Shown here: piece after piece, positions 36,017-46,025 of the stretch
How the letters are laid out: the number at the start of each line of letters is the position of its first letter
How positions within the stretch are numbered: the stretch's first letter is position 1
NCBI GenBank assembly: GCA_934101115.1
Contig: CAKOPW010000003.1
Location: 10,037-74,036 of the forward strand
DNA from: an uncultured Bacilli bacterium
GTDB taxonomy: Bacteria > Bacillota_I > Bacilli_A > RF39 > UBA660
DNA: 64,000 nucleotides
Direction: 5' to 3'
Notes under the pieces: model-generated
What the model was told of the DNA's origin: nothing
Seen by the model: the letters and a program-made list of their open reading frames with translations, nothing else
Database searches by the model: none
Position numbers and translations under genes: made by a program

Positions 36017-36154
36017 TTAAGAATTATTTAATCTAAAATTTTCAGTTTCTAATTTTAAAATAATATTTAACAATTTTTTGTTAAGCAAATCTTTCAATTC
36101 TTTCTCAGATATTGATTCATTATTTTTAAATTTGTATTTTACATTATAAGTCAT
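36017..36154 (-). CDS. Possible small ORF (45 aa) upstream of the recombinase
   Basis: Read from the sequence as MTYNVKYKFKNNESISEKELKDLLNKKLLNIILKLETENFRLNNS*, with a weak RBS. It is the only candidate ORF in a 500-bp gap. Confidence 0.2.
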   Translation of the reverse strand: MTYNVKYKFKNNESISEKELKDLLNKKLLNIILKLETENFRLNNS

Positions 36155-36450
36155 TCCAAAAATTTTTTCCTTTCTCTTTTAGTTTTTAAATAAGATTTTA
36201 CACAATAAAAAATTCTTATCTTCTTAGCTTATAGATTTGCAACAATATAATTAATTTTTAATAAAGGTAATAAATAAGAAAAAGACATTTACTTTATTTA
36301 CAATATAATAAGAATCTTATGATAAGTTTATACGTAGCAGTTATTATTTGATATGCATAACCTATCAATAAATAATATTCTTGAATTCATAATAAATTTA
36401 CAAATCAATTTGATAATATTTTCTATTGTTATCAAAACAGCAAATATTGC

Positions 36451-38445
36451 TTAAAGATTTTTATTTAGTAAACTTAACATTTCTGTCAAACCCTTTACAT
36501 GAATATTAAAAATTGTTTTATCAGCTTTTGATAAATCCTCGATATGAAAGTATTCTTGATCTATACAACTGTTTACTTTTAACCATATCTCATTTGTTTT
36601 TTCTCTATTAATAGTTACTTGAACATAAGCAGTATCATTTTTTCTTAAAAACTCCACCTCATACGTAATGTCTTTAAAAACTTCATTTAACTTTTCTATA
36701 ATCGTATTAAATATTTCTTTTTCGGATTCATTTGATTTTTTATAAAAATTTTGATTTCCTTTTGAATTTTCAAAAAAGTCTAGGTCGGTTTCATAATCAA
36801 AGTTGATTTGCTCCACCGTAAAATATGTATTATCAAGCTGTTTCAATGGTTGAACTTTTCTATCAATTTCACCTTTTTCATAACAAGAAAATTTGTTATA
36901 CATAACTGTATCTCTAAAAATTGGATAACCAACTATAGGAAAAATAATGGTCTTATAGTGAAGTTGTTTTACTTCATCTGCTGTAAGTAAATCCCTTGAT
37001 ATTAAAGAAGTAGATTTATTTCCGTTATAATTCATTAAACTCATTGATTGACTAATGGAATTACTTTCTATCGTTTTCTTACCTAATCTTTTTGAAATTG
37101 CTTCAGCTGTATCTTGTGTATTAGTTTTTAAGTAAACAAGCCCACAATTATCTAATATTATTTGTGCAACTTCTTTGCCATAAACATTGTCAAGCTGAGA
37201 AAAAGATTGAATAAAAAAATGAAACCTCATACCTCTACTCCTAGCCACTGAAACAATTGCTTCAATATCTGCTAGTGGTGGACAGTTAGCAAATTCATCT
37301 AATATCCAATCAATTTGAACTGGTATTTTTTTACTATCTTGCAAATTAGCAAGTTTTACCAATTCTTTATATAAAAGTCCTACTATAATCGTAACTAAAG
37401 TAAAATAAACTTTATCTTCGTCTGGTACTATAATAAATAATGCTGTTGCTTCTCTACCTAATAAATCAAAGTCAAAGTCAGAGTCAGATGTTACATTTGC
37501 TACATTGATGTCATCAAATAAAGCCATTTTCTCAGCAAATACTGCTGTTATCGACTTATAAGTATTTTCGGATGTACTTAATATCGAAGTTAAAGAATCT
37601 TTACTCTTATTTCCATATTCTTTCTTTTCAATGTATATTTTGAACTTATTAAAATTCTTTTCTTGCATTGAACTATTTTGAAACTTACGAATAGAAGTCA
37701 TTGTAATTTGATTCCTTTTAATATTCCCATTCTTATACTCTTCCAAAAAAAATCCTATTAAGCCTTCTAATAAATTTCTTGCACTATTATTCCAAAATGG
37801 ATCTTTTTGTTGGACCTTTTCTTGCATTATCATTGTAGCAAGTGAAGTTATTAATCTGTTAGTTTCAGCAAGTGAAGTCATTGCCAAATTATTATATTTA
37901 ACTTTATCTTTTTTACTTATAATTGACTTTTTTTCATATTCAATATACATTTCATATTCCTTAATAATTGGTTCTAATATATTAAAATGATTAGACTTCT
38001 CTGGATGTCTAAAATCAAGTGTTAATACATTATATCCATTGTCTTTAAACATTTTTGAAGTTGTATTAAAAATTTCACCTTTTGGATCAGTGATAAAAAC
38101 ACTCCTTTTATTCTTTGCAGTAGCAATAAATGAACACATTGGAATAACCGCAGTAACTGATTTACCACTACCAGTTGATCCTAGATAAGTGTAATGTGGC
38201 GTTTCCCTATCAAACCAAACATATTTATAATTTTTACTAAACCATATTGGTACACCAGATTCTTTAATGTTACTAATTTTTTCTTTATCAAAGTTTTTCT
38301 TAATTTCCTTAGCACTTGAAAATCGTGCTGAACCGTATTCATTACTATTTTTTATTTTATGTTTTGATATTAATGGTTCAATATAAATAAAAACTATCAT
38401 TATTACTAAAGTTATGATTAAAATTAATATATATGTTGTTCTCAT
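36451..38445 (-). CDS. Type IV coupling protein (VirD4/TraG family) with a C-terminal extension
   Basis: 664 aa. N-terminal TM, Walker A LGSTGSGKSVTAVIP and Walker B ILDEFANC. Confidence 0.8.
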   Translation of the reverse strand: MRTTYILILIITLVIMIVFIYIEPLISKHKIKNSNEYGSARFSSAKEIKKNFDKEKISNIKESGVPIWFSKNYKYVWFDRETPHYTYLGSTGSGKSVTAVIPMCSFIATAKNKRSVFITDPKGEIFNTTSKMFKDNGYNVLTLDFRHPEKSNHFNILEPIIKEYEMYIEYEKKSIISKKDKVKYNNLAMTSLAETNRLITSLATMIMQEKVQQKDPFWNNSARNLLEGLIGFFLEEYKNGNIKRNQITMTSIRKFQNSSMQEKNFNKFKIYIEKKEYGNKSKDSLTSILSTSENTYKSITAVFAEKMALFDDINVANVTSDSDFDFDLLGREATALFIIVPDEDKVYFTLVTIIVGLLYKELVKLANLQDSKKIPVQIDWILDEFANCPPLADIEAIVSVARSRGMRFHFFIQSFSQLDNVYGKEVAQIILDNCGLVYLKTNTQDTAEAISKRLGKKTIESNSISQSMSLMNYNGNKSTSLISRDLLTADEVKQLHYKTIIFPIVGYPIFRDTVMYNKFSCYEKGEIDRKVQPLKQLDNTYFTVEQINFDYETDLDFFENSKGNQNFYKKSNESEKEIFNTIIEKLNEVFKDITYEVEFLRKNDTAYVQVTINREKTNEIWLKVNSCIDQEYFHIEDLSKADKTIFNIHVKGLTEMLSLLNKNL

Positions 38446-38454
38446 TTTACCTCC

Positions 38455-38478
38455 AAAAAAAAAGACTCATCGAGTCTT
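38455..38478 (-). terminator. Rho-independent terminator abutting the T4CP RBS
   Basis: Minus-strand RNA: AAGACUC GAU GAGUCUU followed by U9, then immediately ggaggtaaaATG. The 25-nt core is identical to 54268-54290. Confidence 0.6.
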
Positions 38479-38632
38479 ATATCAAATTACTATAAATCAG
38501 ATTCATAACTTTTATTTTCGTTATTAGATAATTTCTTGATTTGTTTTTGCATTTGTATTTTTCTATTTAATTTTCGTTGATAAGTTTTTCGGAAGAATCT
38601 CTATAAGCCACTTTTAAAACATATTTAATATT

Positions 38633-39121
38633 TTATTGGGCATTTATATCTTCTAAATACAATTCACCAGATTTATAATATATATATTTATACAAACATA
38701 TATCATAATTTATTTTATCAACAGCATATTTATCATAGTTATTATAATCTTGTGCAACTAAAATCATTTTAGGACTATCCCAGCTAATCTTTGTATTTAC
38801 TCCTAATTTTCTTTTAGCTGCAATTTCAAAGTCTGCTTTATGATTAACGAGCCAATTCATATAAAACGATATTTGGCTTATCATTACTTTGCTTTTATCA
38901 TACTTATATTCGATAATAACTGGATTACCTTCAAAATCTAATGCAATGGTATCTAAACGACCATTATAATCATCAATCAATGGAAATTCAGTATCTACAA
39001 ATTTAACCTGCAATAACTCTTCAAGATTGCTTTCAAATAAATGCTGTAATTCGCTTTCGTTATTAAATTGTTCAGTTTCTTCTCTAATAATCTTGTTATC
39101 CTTTATTTTAAATAATGACAT
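38633..39121 (-). CDS. PD-(D/E)xK-type nuclease-like protein (NucS/DUF91-like)
   Basis: 162 aa; ...GRLDTIALDFEGNPVIIEYKYDK... (D...ExK arrangement). Confidence 0.35.
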   Translation of the reverse strand: MSLFKIKDNKIIREETEQFNNESELQHLFESNLEELLQVKFVDTEFPLIDDYNGRLDTIALDFEGNPVIIEYKYDKSKVMISQISFYMNWLVNHKADFEIAAKRKLGVNTKISWDSPKMILVAQDYNNYDKYAVDKINYDICLYKYIYYKSGELYLEDINAQ

Positions 39122-39210
39122 AGCTACACCTCTATTTCATTATATCAAAAAATAAATTTATTTTCAGTTTTCTTTTTTGACTGTTAGAGTATTAAAATAA
39201 TAAATTTAAT

Positions 39211-40527
39211 CTATTTTTCGTATTCATCATTTTTAAACAATTTACTAAATTCTTCTGATGCTTCTTCCATCTCGTAATTAATATTTCTTATAGATTTACA
39301 AATTTCTTGTTTATTTTGAAATTTGTTTGAACTTAGATAATTTCTGACAATATCTCTTTTTGTCATAGACTTATTTTTTTTATAATTAATTAAAATTATC
39401 TCCTTCATTATATCTTCTTCAGTTCCTTTCAATTTTTTATATTTATAAATGTTATTAGAATAATTTACCAAATAGTTATAAATATAGTTATTTAAATATT
39501 CTTGTTTATTTTTAATAATGGTATAATCAATTTCTTTATCTTTTATGTTATTAGATTTTCCAGTTTCATATAAATAATTTCTTAATTTATCTACAGATAT
39601 GTCAAAACTCGCTTTTAAACTTTTAAATTCTGAATCGTTATTATACAAATACCTATATATACTTTTTGTGAGACTGCGTATTTTATTATCATCTATAGAA
39701 TTAAATTTAATTCGATTATTACTATTATTTTGTACATACAATAATTTTCCTAGTTGAAGAATATTTTCTTCTAAAATTAAATCTTCGTGTTTCTTTAATA
39801 GCATATTTTTATTGTCTCTGCTAAAATATTTTTTAAATTCTTCTATGTCAATATTGATATTTTTTAACATTGGACTAAAGTTTTTTTCTCTTTCTATAGA
39901 AATTGCAATTAAATTTTTAAGATAATTATAATCACTTTTTTTTAATTTTCCTAATCTCCTGTATGCTAAAAAGCCATTTTTGTTTATTGTATTAGGCTCT
40001 TTTTCCATAAATGCAATATGGAAATGATAGTTATCAGTATTTGCATGAAGAGATATTTGATACATCATTTTATCTAAATCTTTAAATTCAAGTTTTTTTA
40101 AAAATCTAGGTATAACCTCTTTTATCATTTTTTGTTCTAAATCTTTTAATGATATATTTTTGTCGATATAGTCATTATCAAACGAAACAACTAATTTCCA
40201 TAGATTTGAATTATAGATTTGATTTCCAATAAATTCTTTTCTTTTCATTAATTCTTTATTTGTAGCATAAGATCCATTTTCAATTATTAAATTTACTTTA
40301 TTGTGCTTGTTTATTTTACCAGTAAAATAGTCAACCAAATTTATAGCAATCTTTTTTTCATTTGCAAAATACTCTAACATTTTTTTACTATACTTAACTT
40401 TACTTTCTTTAGATGATTCGTCATACCTACAATCTCTATTATTCAATGCTAATTGAAATCTACCTCTAACGAAAATATTATTTTTCTTATCAATCATCCA
40501 TTTTCCTTTCTTTATATAAACTTTCAA
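39211..40527 (-). CDS. Putative relaxase of ICE-2
   Basis: 438 aa. ISLHANTDNYHFHIAFMEK parallels the HxDx..HxH motif of the ICE-1 relaxase (HLNTKHFHNHFIV). It lies downstream of the oriT-like site. Confidence 0.55.
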   Translation of the reverse strand: MKVYIKKGKWMIDKKNNIFVRGRFQLALNNRDCRYDESSKESKVKYSKKMLEYFANEKKIAINLVDYFTGKINKHNKVNLIIENGSYATNKELMKRKEFIGNQIYNSNLWKLVVSFDNDYIDKNISLKDLEQKMIKEVIPRFLKKLEFKDLDKMMYQISLHANTDNYHFHIAFMEKEPNTINKNGFLAYRRLGKLKKSDYNYLKNLIAISIEREKNFSPMLKNINIDIEEFKKYFSRDNKNMLLKKHEDLILEENILQLGKLLYVQNNSNNRIKFNSIDDNKIRSLTKSIYRYLYNNDSEFKSLKASFDISVDKLRNYLYETGKSNNIKDKEIDYTIIKNKQEYLNNYIYNYLVNYSNNIYKYKKLKGTEEDIMKEIILINYKKNKSMTKRDIVRNYLSSNKFQNKQEICKSIRNINYEMEEASEEFSKLFKNDEYEK

Positions 40528-40804
40528 ACTTTTTTAAATTTTTGGAATTTTTTATATCATTAAAAGGTAAATTTAGATCAGAATAAATTTGCTTAAGTAA
40601 CGATTTTATATATAAGACATTCCACTTACAATCATTAACACTTTTACTAATTTCTTTAACGTAGTTGTCTTTTTCATTCAAACTTAATCCAATATTGCAT
40701 AACCTATCTACTGCTTTAGAAAATGTTAAGTGATTTATTTCCGCGTAGAGTAATATAGAATTTAATAATTCATATTCAAAATACACTTTTTTATCTTTTT
40801 TCAT
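40490..40804 (-). CDS. Hypothetical protein (possible relaxosome accessory)
   Basis: 104-aa ORF overlapping both neighbours. Confidence 0.4.
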   Translation of the reverse strand: MKKDKKVYFEYELLNSILLYAEINHLTFSKAVDRLCNIGLSLNEKDNYVKEISKSVNDCKWNVLYIKSLLKQIYSDLNLPFNDIKNSKNLKKFESLYKERKMDD

Positions 40805-41192
40805 TATCTAACATAGCCCTTACTTCAGAGTATATACGTGTTTTTAAGTCTTTTGTAGATTCACGATTTGTTTCTATATTTTTAACCGGTATTATGTTTA
40901 ACATTTCGTAATCTTTAGAATATAAAAAATACTCTTTTCCATACCGAAAAAAGATATTTCTCCAAGCTAGAATCCTTTTTTGAGGAAGATTTGGATTCAT
41001 TATTTGTAAAGGAAACCCTGCAATATAAAACAAGCTTCGAGCCGAAACTTCTGGATATAAATTTTTGGCTAAGACACACCATAGTTTAAAAATTGGATCG
41101 TATTCGATAAAACGATTATATTTTATATCTAAGACAAAAGGATTTTGTTTAAGTAAAATTATTTCTTGTTCAGTATAAATTTTAGATTTCAT
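40791..41192 (-). CDS. Hypothetical protein
   Basis: 133-aa ORF in the same operon. Confidence 0.45.
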   Translation of the reverse strand: MKSKIYTEQEIILLKQNPFVLDIKYNRFIEYDPIFKLWCVLAKNLYPEVSARSLFYIAGFPLQIMNPNLPQKRILAWRNIFFRYGKEYFLYSKDYEMLNIIPVKNIETNRESTKDLKTRIYSEVRAMLDNEKR

Positions 41193-41251
41193 AATAAAAA
41201 TTTCCTTTCATAATTTTATCTCTATTTAAGTTTTGTAAACATTTATTAAAT

Positions 41252-41386
41252 TCAAATTTTTTCAATATTGAGATTCTCCATTCTACAATAGCCAATTTGT
41301 AAAAGTTCAATCATTAAGTCATTTAGTGACCTATATCCTAATTCTTGTTTCATCAATATCAATTTAGAGTGCATATAGTCACTCAT
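41252..41386 (-). CDS. Possible small ribbon-helix-helix protein
   Basis: Read from the sequence as (IKIRTTIR)MSDYMHSKLILMKQELGYRSLNDLMIELLQIGYCRMENLNIEKI*. It has a beta-strand-then-helices pattern like CopG/Arc, with AAAGGAG upstream. The exact start is unclear. Confidence 0.3.
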   Translation of the reverse strand: MSDYMHSKLILMKQELGYRSLNDLMIELLQIGYCRMENLNIEKI

Positions 41387-41457
41387 TCTAATAGTTGTTC
41401 TTATTTTAATCACTCCTTTTATTTTATTTTTTTATTAAATCGTCGATTTAATTCTAA

Positions 41458-41522
41458 CAGGATAAGATAATGACACCATAATAGCCTACAAACCCTTTCT
41501 TTGTAATACTTTTTATGGTGTC
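41458..41522 (-). promoter_or_regulatory. Candidate oriT of ICE-2
   Basis: The minus strand reads TGACACCATAA (30 nt) TTATGGTGTCA ttatctt ATCCTG T. This is an 11-bp perfect inverted repeat, then 7 nt, then the MOBP-type nick consensus YATCCTG/Y. Confidence 0.55.
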
Positions 41523-41665
41523 AAACTTATTTTGCACTTGCAAAATGGGTACTTTTTTGTTTTTATTAGAACCATGAAAGCACAAACACGCATTAATTGC
41601 CGTACTTAGATAGTTCCCAAAAATATCCCCAACTAGTTATTTTTTCTTAAGAATTATAAAATACT

Positions 41666-42514
41666 CTAATTATTAAAATCTATTAAGCTCATTCCATCTA
41701 CTAATAAACCATCATTATTTTGAACTTGAAAATGTAAATGCGGACCTGTAGAATAACCTGTAGTACCGACCTCAGCTAATTGTTTTCCTTGTTGAATTAT
41801 ATCTCCTACTTTTATTTTTGCACTGCTAGGATACAAATGCGCATACGTAACATAGTATTTTACTTCATCTAAAGAATCACATTCAATCCTGATAAAGTTA
41901 CCTAATCCTCCCGATTTATCAATTTTATTTTCTAAGTAATTAAATGACACTTGATTTACTTTACCATCACAAACAGATAAAACTGGTGTTTTATTTTGTG
42001 CAGCAAAATCCCAAGCATTATGAATATCATTTTTAGAATAAATAATTCGTTCTTGTTTAAAATAACTTGTTATGCTTGATTTAGAAAAATCGAGCGGCAT
42101 CGAAAACGGTTTGTTTTGTATTTCATTAACTTGAGTTGAATCCTTAATTGAATCTGCAGAGCATACTTCCATATATTTATATTTATTTTTTATGCAAACA
42201 TCACTTATTGGAAGAACCTGTTTACTTTCTAAATTCAAATTATCAGAATAAATTTCATCAAAAGTTAAAGAATCATCTTCTAAATAGAAATATAAAATCC
42301 GTGATAATGATACATATCCACTTTTTTCTCTTATATTTTTATTAACAACAGAAAGATATTTAGCAGAATAGTCAGCATTGTTTTCAACATAATTGTCTGT
42401 AATATTAGCTCCAAAAAAATCTAATAGCATTAAACAAGAAACTAATATACTAACAAACAAAGCAGTTGAAATTATGGAAGAACCCAATATTATTTTTTTT
42501 ATTTTATTTCTCAT
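41666..42514 (-). CDS. M23/LytM-family peptidoglycan endopeptidase (membrane anchored)
   Basis: 282 aa. N-terminal TM, then ...HNAWDF...GTTGYSTGPHLHFQV.... Confidence 0.8.
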   Translation of the reverse strand: MRNKIKKIILGSSIISTALFVSILVSCLMLLDFFGANITDNYVENNADYSAKYLSVVNKNIREKSGYVSLSRILYFYLEDDSLTFDEIYSDNLNLESKQVLPISDVCIKNKYKYMEVCSADSIKDSTQVNEIQNKPFSMPLDFSKSSITSYFKQERIIYSKNDIHNAWDFAAQNKTPVLSVCDGKVNQVSFNYLENKIDKSGGLGNFIRIECDSLDEVKYYVTYAHLYPSSAKIKVGDIIQQGKQLAEVGTTGYSTGPHLHFQVQNNDGLLVDGMSLIDFNN

Positions 42515-43286
42515 TATCTAATTTTAAATCCTGAAATTTATTTTTTGCAAATTTATTTAAAGATTCAATTAGTCTTATTCCATTTTGATAATTTCTTTTT
42601 GTAATGGGCTCGCTTAGATCTCCGTGTCTAGCGATTTCACCTAGATTGACACTAATTATATCTACTAAATTTGTTATCCCTTTTTTTGATGATAATAATT
42701 TGTCAAAATTGAAATATGCATCTTCTTTTGATTCATATGAATTATAAAACTTATCATAATCTTCTTCCAATTCACACTTTATTATTTCTTTTATTAAACT
42801 ATCCTTTTTCTTATCAATTGGATAGATCTTTCCCATCACTAACAATTTATCAAATAATGATTCAAATTTAATGTCCGATGAGTTATTTAGTAATTCAGAA
42901 TAAAACCATCGTTGACTATTTTCATCATATAAATATGCAATTTCTTCACAAGACTTTAAAAAGTACTTTTTGTATTCATTAATATTTTTAAACGTCTTCT
43001 TACTACATATCTTTTCATCTTCATTTCTATCCCTATGATAAGCAACAGTAATTTCTTGTTGTCTATTTTCATAATCAAAATTATGTGTAAAATCTGGCTC
43101 AGGATTTACTCTTCTACCCAAAAATGAAATATCTCCCAGATTAATTAAATTATTTATTTTTCTAATATCTCTGTAAAAATAATTTAATAGTACTCCATTT
43201 TGATATAAATATCCGTTAGAATAACAATATATAGAATCAATTGTTCCGTTTTTTCTTAGTACTGCAATATTGCTTTTTTTACTCAT
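42504..43286 (-). CDS. Hypothetical protein
   Basis: 260-aa ORF between VirB4 and the M23 peptidase. Confidence 0.5.
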   Translation of the reverse strand: MSKKSNIAVLRKNGTIDSIYCYSNGYLYQNGVLLNYFYRDIRKINNLINLGDISFLGRRVNPEPDFTHNFDYENRQQEITVAYHRDRNEDEKICSKKTFKNINEYKKYFLKSCEEIAYLYDENSQRWFYSELLNNSSDIKFESLFDKLLVMGKIYPIDKKKDSLIKEIIKCELEEDYDKFYNSYESKEDAYFNFDKLLSSKKGITNLVDIISVNLGEIARHGDLSEPITKRNYQNGIRLIESLNKFAKNKFQDLKLDNEK

Positions 43287-43294
43287 GATACCTC

Positions 43295-45751
43295 CTATTT
43301 CTCGTTCATCATTTTACGTTCAAGTTCTGTTGCACGTATCCATATTCTTAACCTATTTTTAAAATCAATATTCAACAAAAATTCTCCACGTCTAGCCGAT
43401 AAAAGGAAGGATTTTTGAGTGTCTGTTAATGGATTTTGCTTAAATAATTCTAGATAGGCAATTAAATCGTCTTCTTTTAACATACCAATCATTTGATATT
43501 GACAATTATTAAATATTGCTGTTGCATGTCTCAAAATTTCATTTGACCCTACAAAATCTTTTACAGATTGAGTAGCAACAACTAATGAACCAGAGTATTT
43601 CCTGATCCTTCTTGCTAATTGTCCAAAATTTCTTAAGACTTCAAAGTTATTTTCATCAATAAATAAATGAAACTCATCAGCCACAACCATTATGTGTTTT
43701 TTATCACTAATATTAACTTTATCATTTAAAATTTTATTTGCAACTATAGTATTGTTTAAATACGTTAATAAATTAAGAGTTTGCGTATTTATTAATCTTT
43801 GATTACCACTATAAAGTAATTCTTGTAAATTAAATCCTATTAAGTCATTGTTTAAATTGATATTCGTATATCCATTAAATAAAAATGAATCTGTTCCTGT
43901 TAAAAATCTTGATAATAGTATTTCTAATTGATCTATTATTTTTTTCTTTTCATTACTCTTTAAATTACTTTTATATTCAGGAAGATAATTATATAAATCC
44001 GAAAAAATTGGATAATCCTCTGCTTTTAACTTTTCTAAAGCCTCTATGGATGTATTTCTATCAATTCCTTTTTTATTATATAAACTTTCAACAATATTCA
44101 GCAGCATAACTAGTTCTTTTTCAGTTATATTCTCAAAAGCTGATTTGAAAAAAGCTTCTAAAAAGCCTAAATGTTTCGCTAGTGTACAATCACTTTCTCT
44201 TATATCTCTATCTTCATCTGAAGGAATGTATCTTATCTGAAGTGGATTTATTATTCCACCTTTTGCTGAATATAAATCAATGTATGATCCTCCAATATTT
44301 TTGATAAAGTTATATTCATTTTCAGCATCAAAAATGAATATCTTAGTATTTCTAGCGTATTCATTTATTATCATTTTTTTTAAAGTGTATGACTTTCCTC
44401 CTCCGGTAGAACTAATAATTGCCATATTATGGCTTGTTCTTAAATTGTTTAGAGCATATATATCAAAAAAAATTGGTAATGATGAATGTATATCAAGACC
44501 AAGCATATATCCATTATAATCATTAAAATAAGACTCAGTAAAAGGAAACCCTGCACTAAGTGTTAAAGAAGGCAAATAAATTGAATAGTCGGATAATGAT
44601 TTCATTGTTATATCATATGTTTGCCAAGTTTCCATTTGTCGCAATTTGGGTACATCGATTTTTATTTGGTATAAATCTGCAATGCGTTTTAGTTCTCTAA
44701 TTGTATTTTCCCTATTTTTTTTGTCACCTTCAACTAGAAAAATTAAAGATACCTCTTTTATTTTTTCATCGCCGTTTTTTATTTCATTCATTAATGCTTG
44801 AAAATTTTCTTGCTTTCTATCCAATTCTGTAGCATCACTTAATTTTTTTGTAGTGTTTATATCACTTAATAAAAATTGATATTGACTATTTAACCATCGT
44901 ACCAACTCTTCTTGTGAAATTGTATCTTTTATAGAAAGTGACACCCTAACATTAGGAACATTAAATAACTCTTCAAAAAATAACTCTGAAACAAAAAAAG
45001 GTATACTTTTAATAGTAAGTAATTGAAATTCCTTATCATCAAATCTTATTGAATTAGCTCTTTCTAATACATTCATTGGACATAGTAAATTAGGTAAATC
45101 ACTCATAATTAATTCGTCTAAAGTATTACTAGTTAAGTATAAATTTGATAAAAATTTATAAATTTCTAACTTATTATCAATTATGTTTATATTTATTCTT
45201 GGGACTATATTACTAGTTATTTCCTCAATTTCGTCTAAAACTTTTTCTAGTTCTTCTACAGTCTTAGATATAATAACTAAATAATAAACACTCGATATTG
45301 TGTAACCATTTTTTTCTAAGTCTTCTATTAAACCTAAGTTATCCATTAATAAATTTGATTTAATTTCATTATTTACCACATTTTCTAACTTTTTATTTAA
45401 ATTAATTTTATTATTGTTTAAATTAATTTTTTGATCCAACTTATAACATTTGAGATTTAGTCCTCTTATTTGATATAAGCTTTTTAAAGCAACAAAAAAA
45501 TTATTTTTTTCTTGCTTACTTGCTAAAGATAAATCAACTGCTTCTATTTCTAATAATGTAGCAACTTCCCCAGTTTTTAATCGAATTAATCCAGTATCTT
45601 CAACTTTTTTTATATTTGATATTGATTGAGAGTTTTTTACTCTTTTTTTCATATTTTTTCTTTCTTTATATTTGTTATATTTTTTTTCGCATTCTTTCTC
45701 AATAAAATCATATTCTTCTTTTATTTGTTTTTGTTTTTTCAATTTCTTCAC
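43295..45751 (-). CDS. virB4: VirB4/TcpF-like conjugation ATPase
   Basis: 818 aa. Walker A ISSTGGGKSYTLKKM and Walker B MVVADEFHLFID. Confidence 0.8.
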   Translation of the reverse strand: MKKLKKQKQIKEEYDFIEKECEKKYNKYKERKNMKKRVKNSQSISNIKKVEDTGLIRLKTGEVATLLEIEAVDLSLASKQEKNNFFVALKSLYQIRGLNLKCYKLDQKINLNNNKINLNKKLENVVNNEIKSNLLMDNLGLIEDLEKNGYTISSVYYLVIISKTVEELEKVLDEIEEITSNIVPRININIIDNKLEIYKFLSNLYLTSNTLDELIMSDLPNLLCPMNVLERANSIRFDDKEFQLLTIKSIPFFVSELFFEELFNVPNVRVSLSIKDTISQEELVRWLNSQYQFLLSDINTTKKLSDATELDRKQENFQALMNEIKNGDEKIKEVSLIFLVEGDKKNRENTIRELKRIADLYQIKIDVPKLRQMETWQTYDITMKSLSDYSIYLPSLTLSAGFPFTESYFNDYNGYMLGLDIHSSLPIFFDIYALNNLRTSHNMAIISSTGGGKSYTLKKMIINEYARNTKIFIFDAENEYNFIKNIGGSYIDLYSAKGGIINPLQIRYIPSDEDRDIRESDCTLAKHLGFLEAFFKSAFENITEKELVMLLNIVESLYNKKGIDRNTSIEALEKLKAEDYPIFSDLYNYLPEYKSNLKSNEKKKIIDQLEILLSRFLTGTDSFLFNGYTNINLNNDLIGFNLQELLYSGNQRLINTQTLNLLTYLNNTIVANKILNDKVNISDKKHIMVVADEFHLFIDENNFEVLRNFGQLARRIRKYSGSLVVATQSVKDFVGSNEILRHATAIFNNCQYQMIGMLKEDDLIAYLELFKQNPLTDTQKSFLLSARRGEFLLNIDFKNRLRIWIRATELERKMMNEK

Positions 45752-45758
45752 TTCCTTT

Positions 45759-46025
45759 TCATTTTTTTAAAATGTATTCTTTGCACCTAAACATGTAAGA
45801 AAATACTAAAATAAAAACTTTATACATTCTATTTTTTTTTGATAAGCTTATAGGTAACATCATAAATGCTGTAATTGAAAATAGTACAAGAGATAATATT
45901 CTTGTTTTATTTATAGAAAACAAGATTAAAAATAATATAAACAATGGCAAACCGATAAATAAATCTGTCAATTCAATATATTTTCCTAAAGTCTTTTTCA
46001 AACTTTTAACTGTTATGTACATCAA
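45759..46025 (-). CDS. PrgI/TcpE-like small membrane protein
   Basis: 88 aa with two TM segments, directly upstream of VirB4. Confidence 0.4.
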   Translation of the reverse strand: MMYITVKSLKKTLGKYIELTDLFIGLPLFILFLILFSINKTRILSLVLFSITAFMMLPISLSKKNRMYKVFILVFSYMFRCKEYILKK

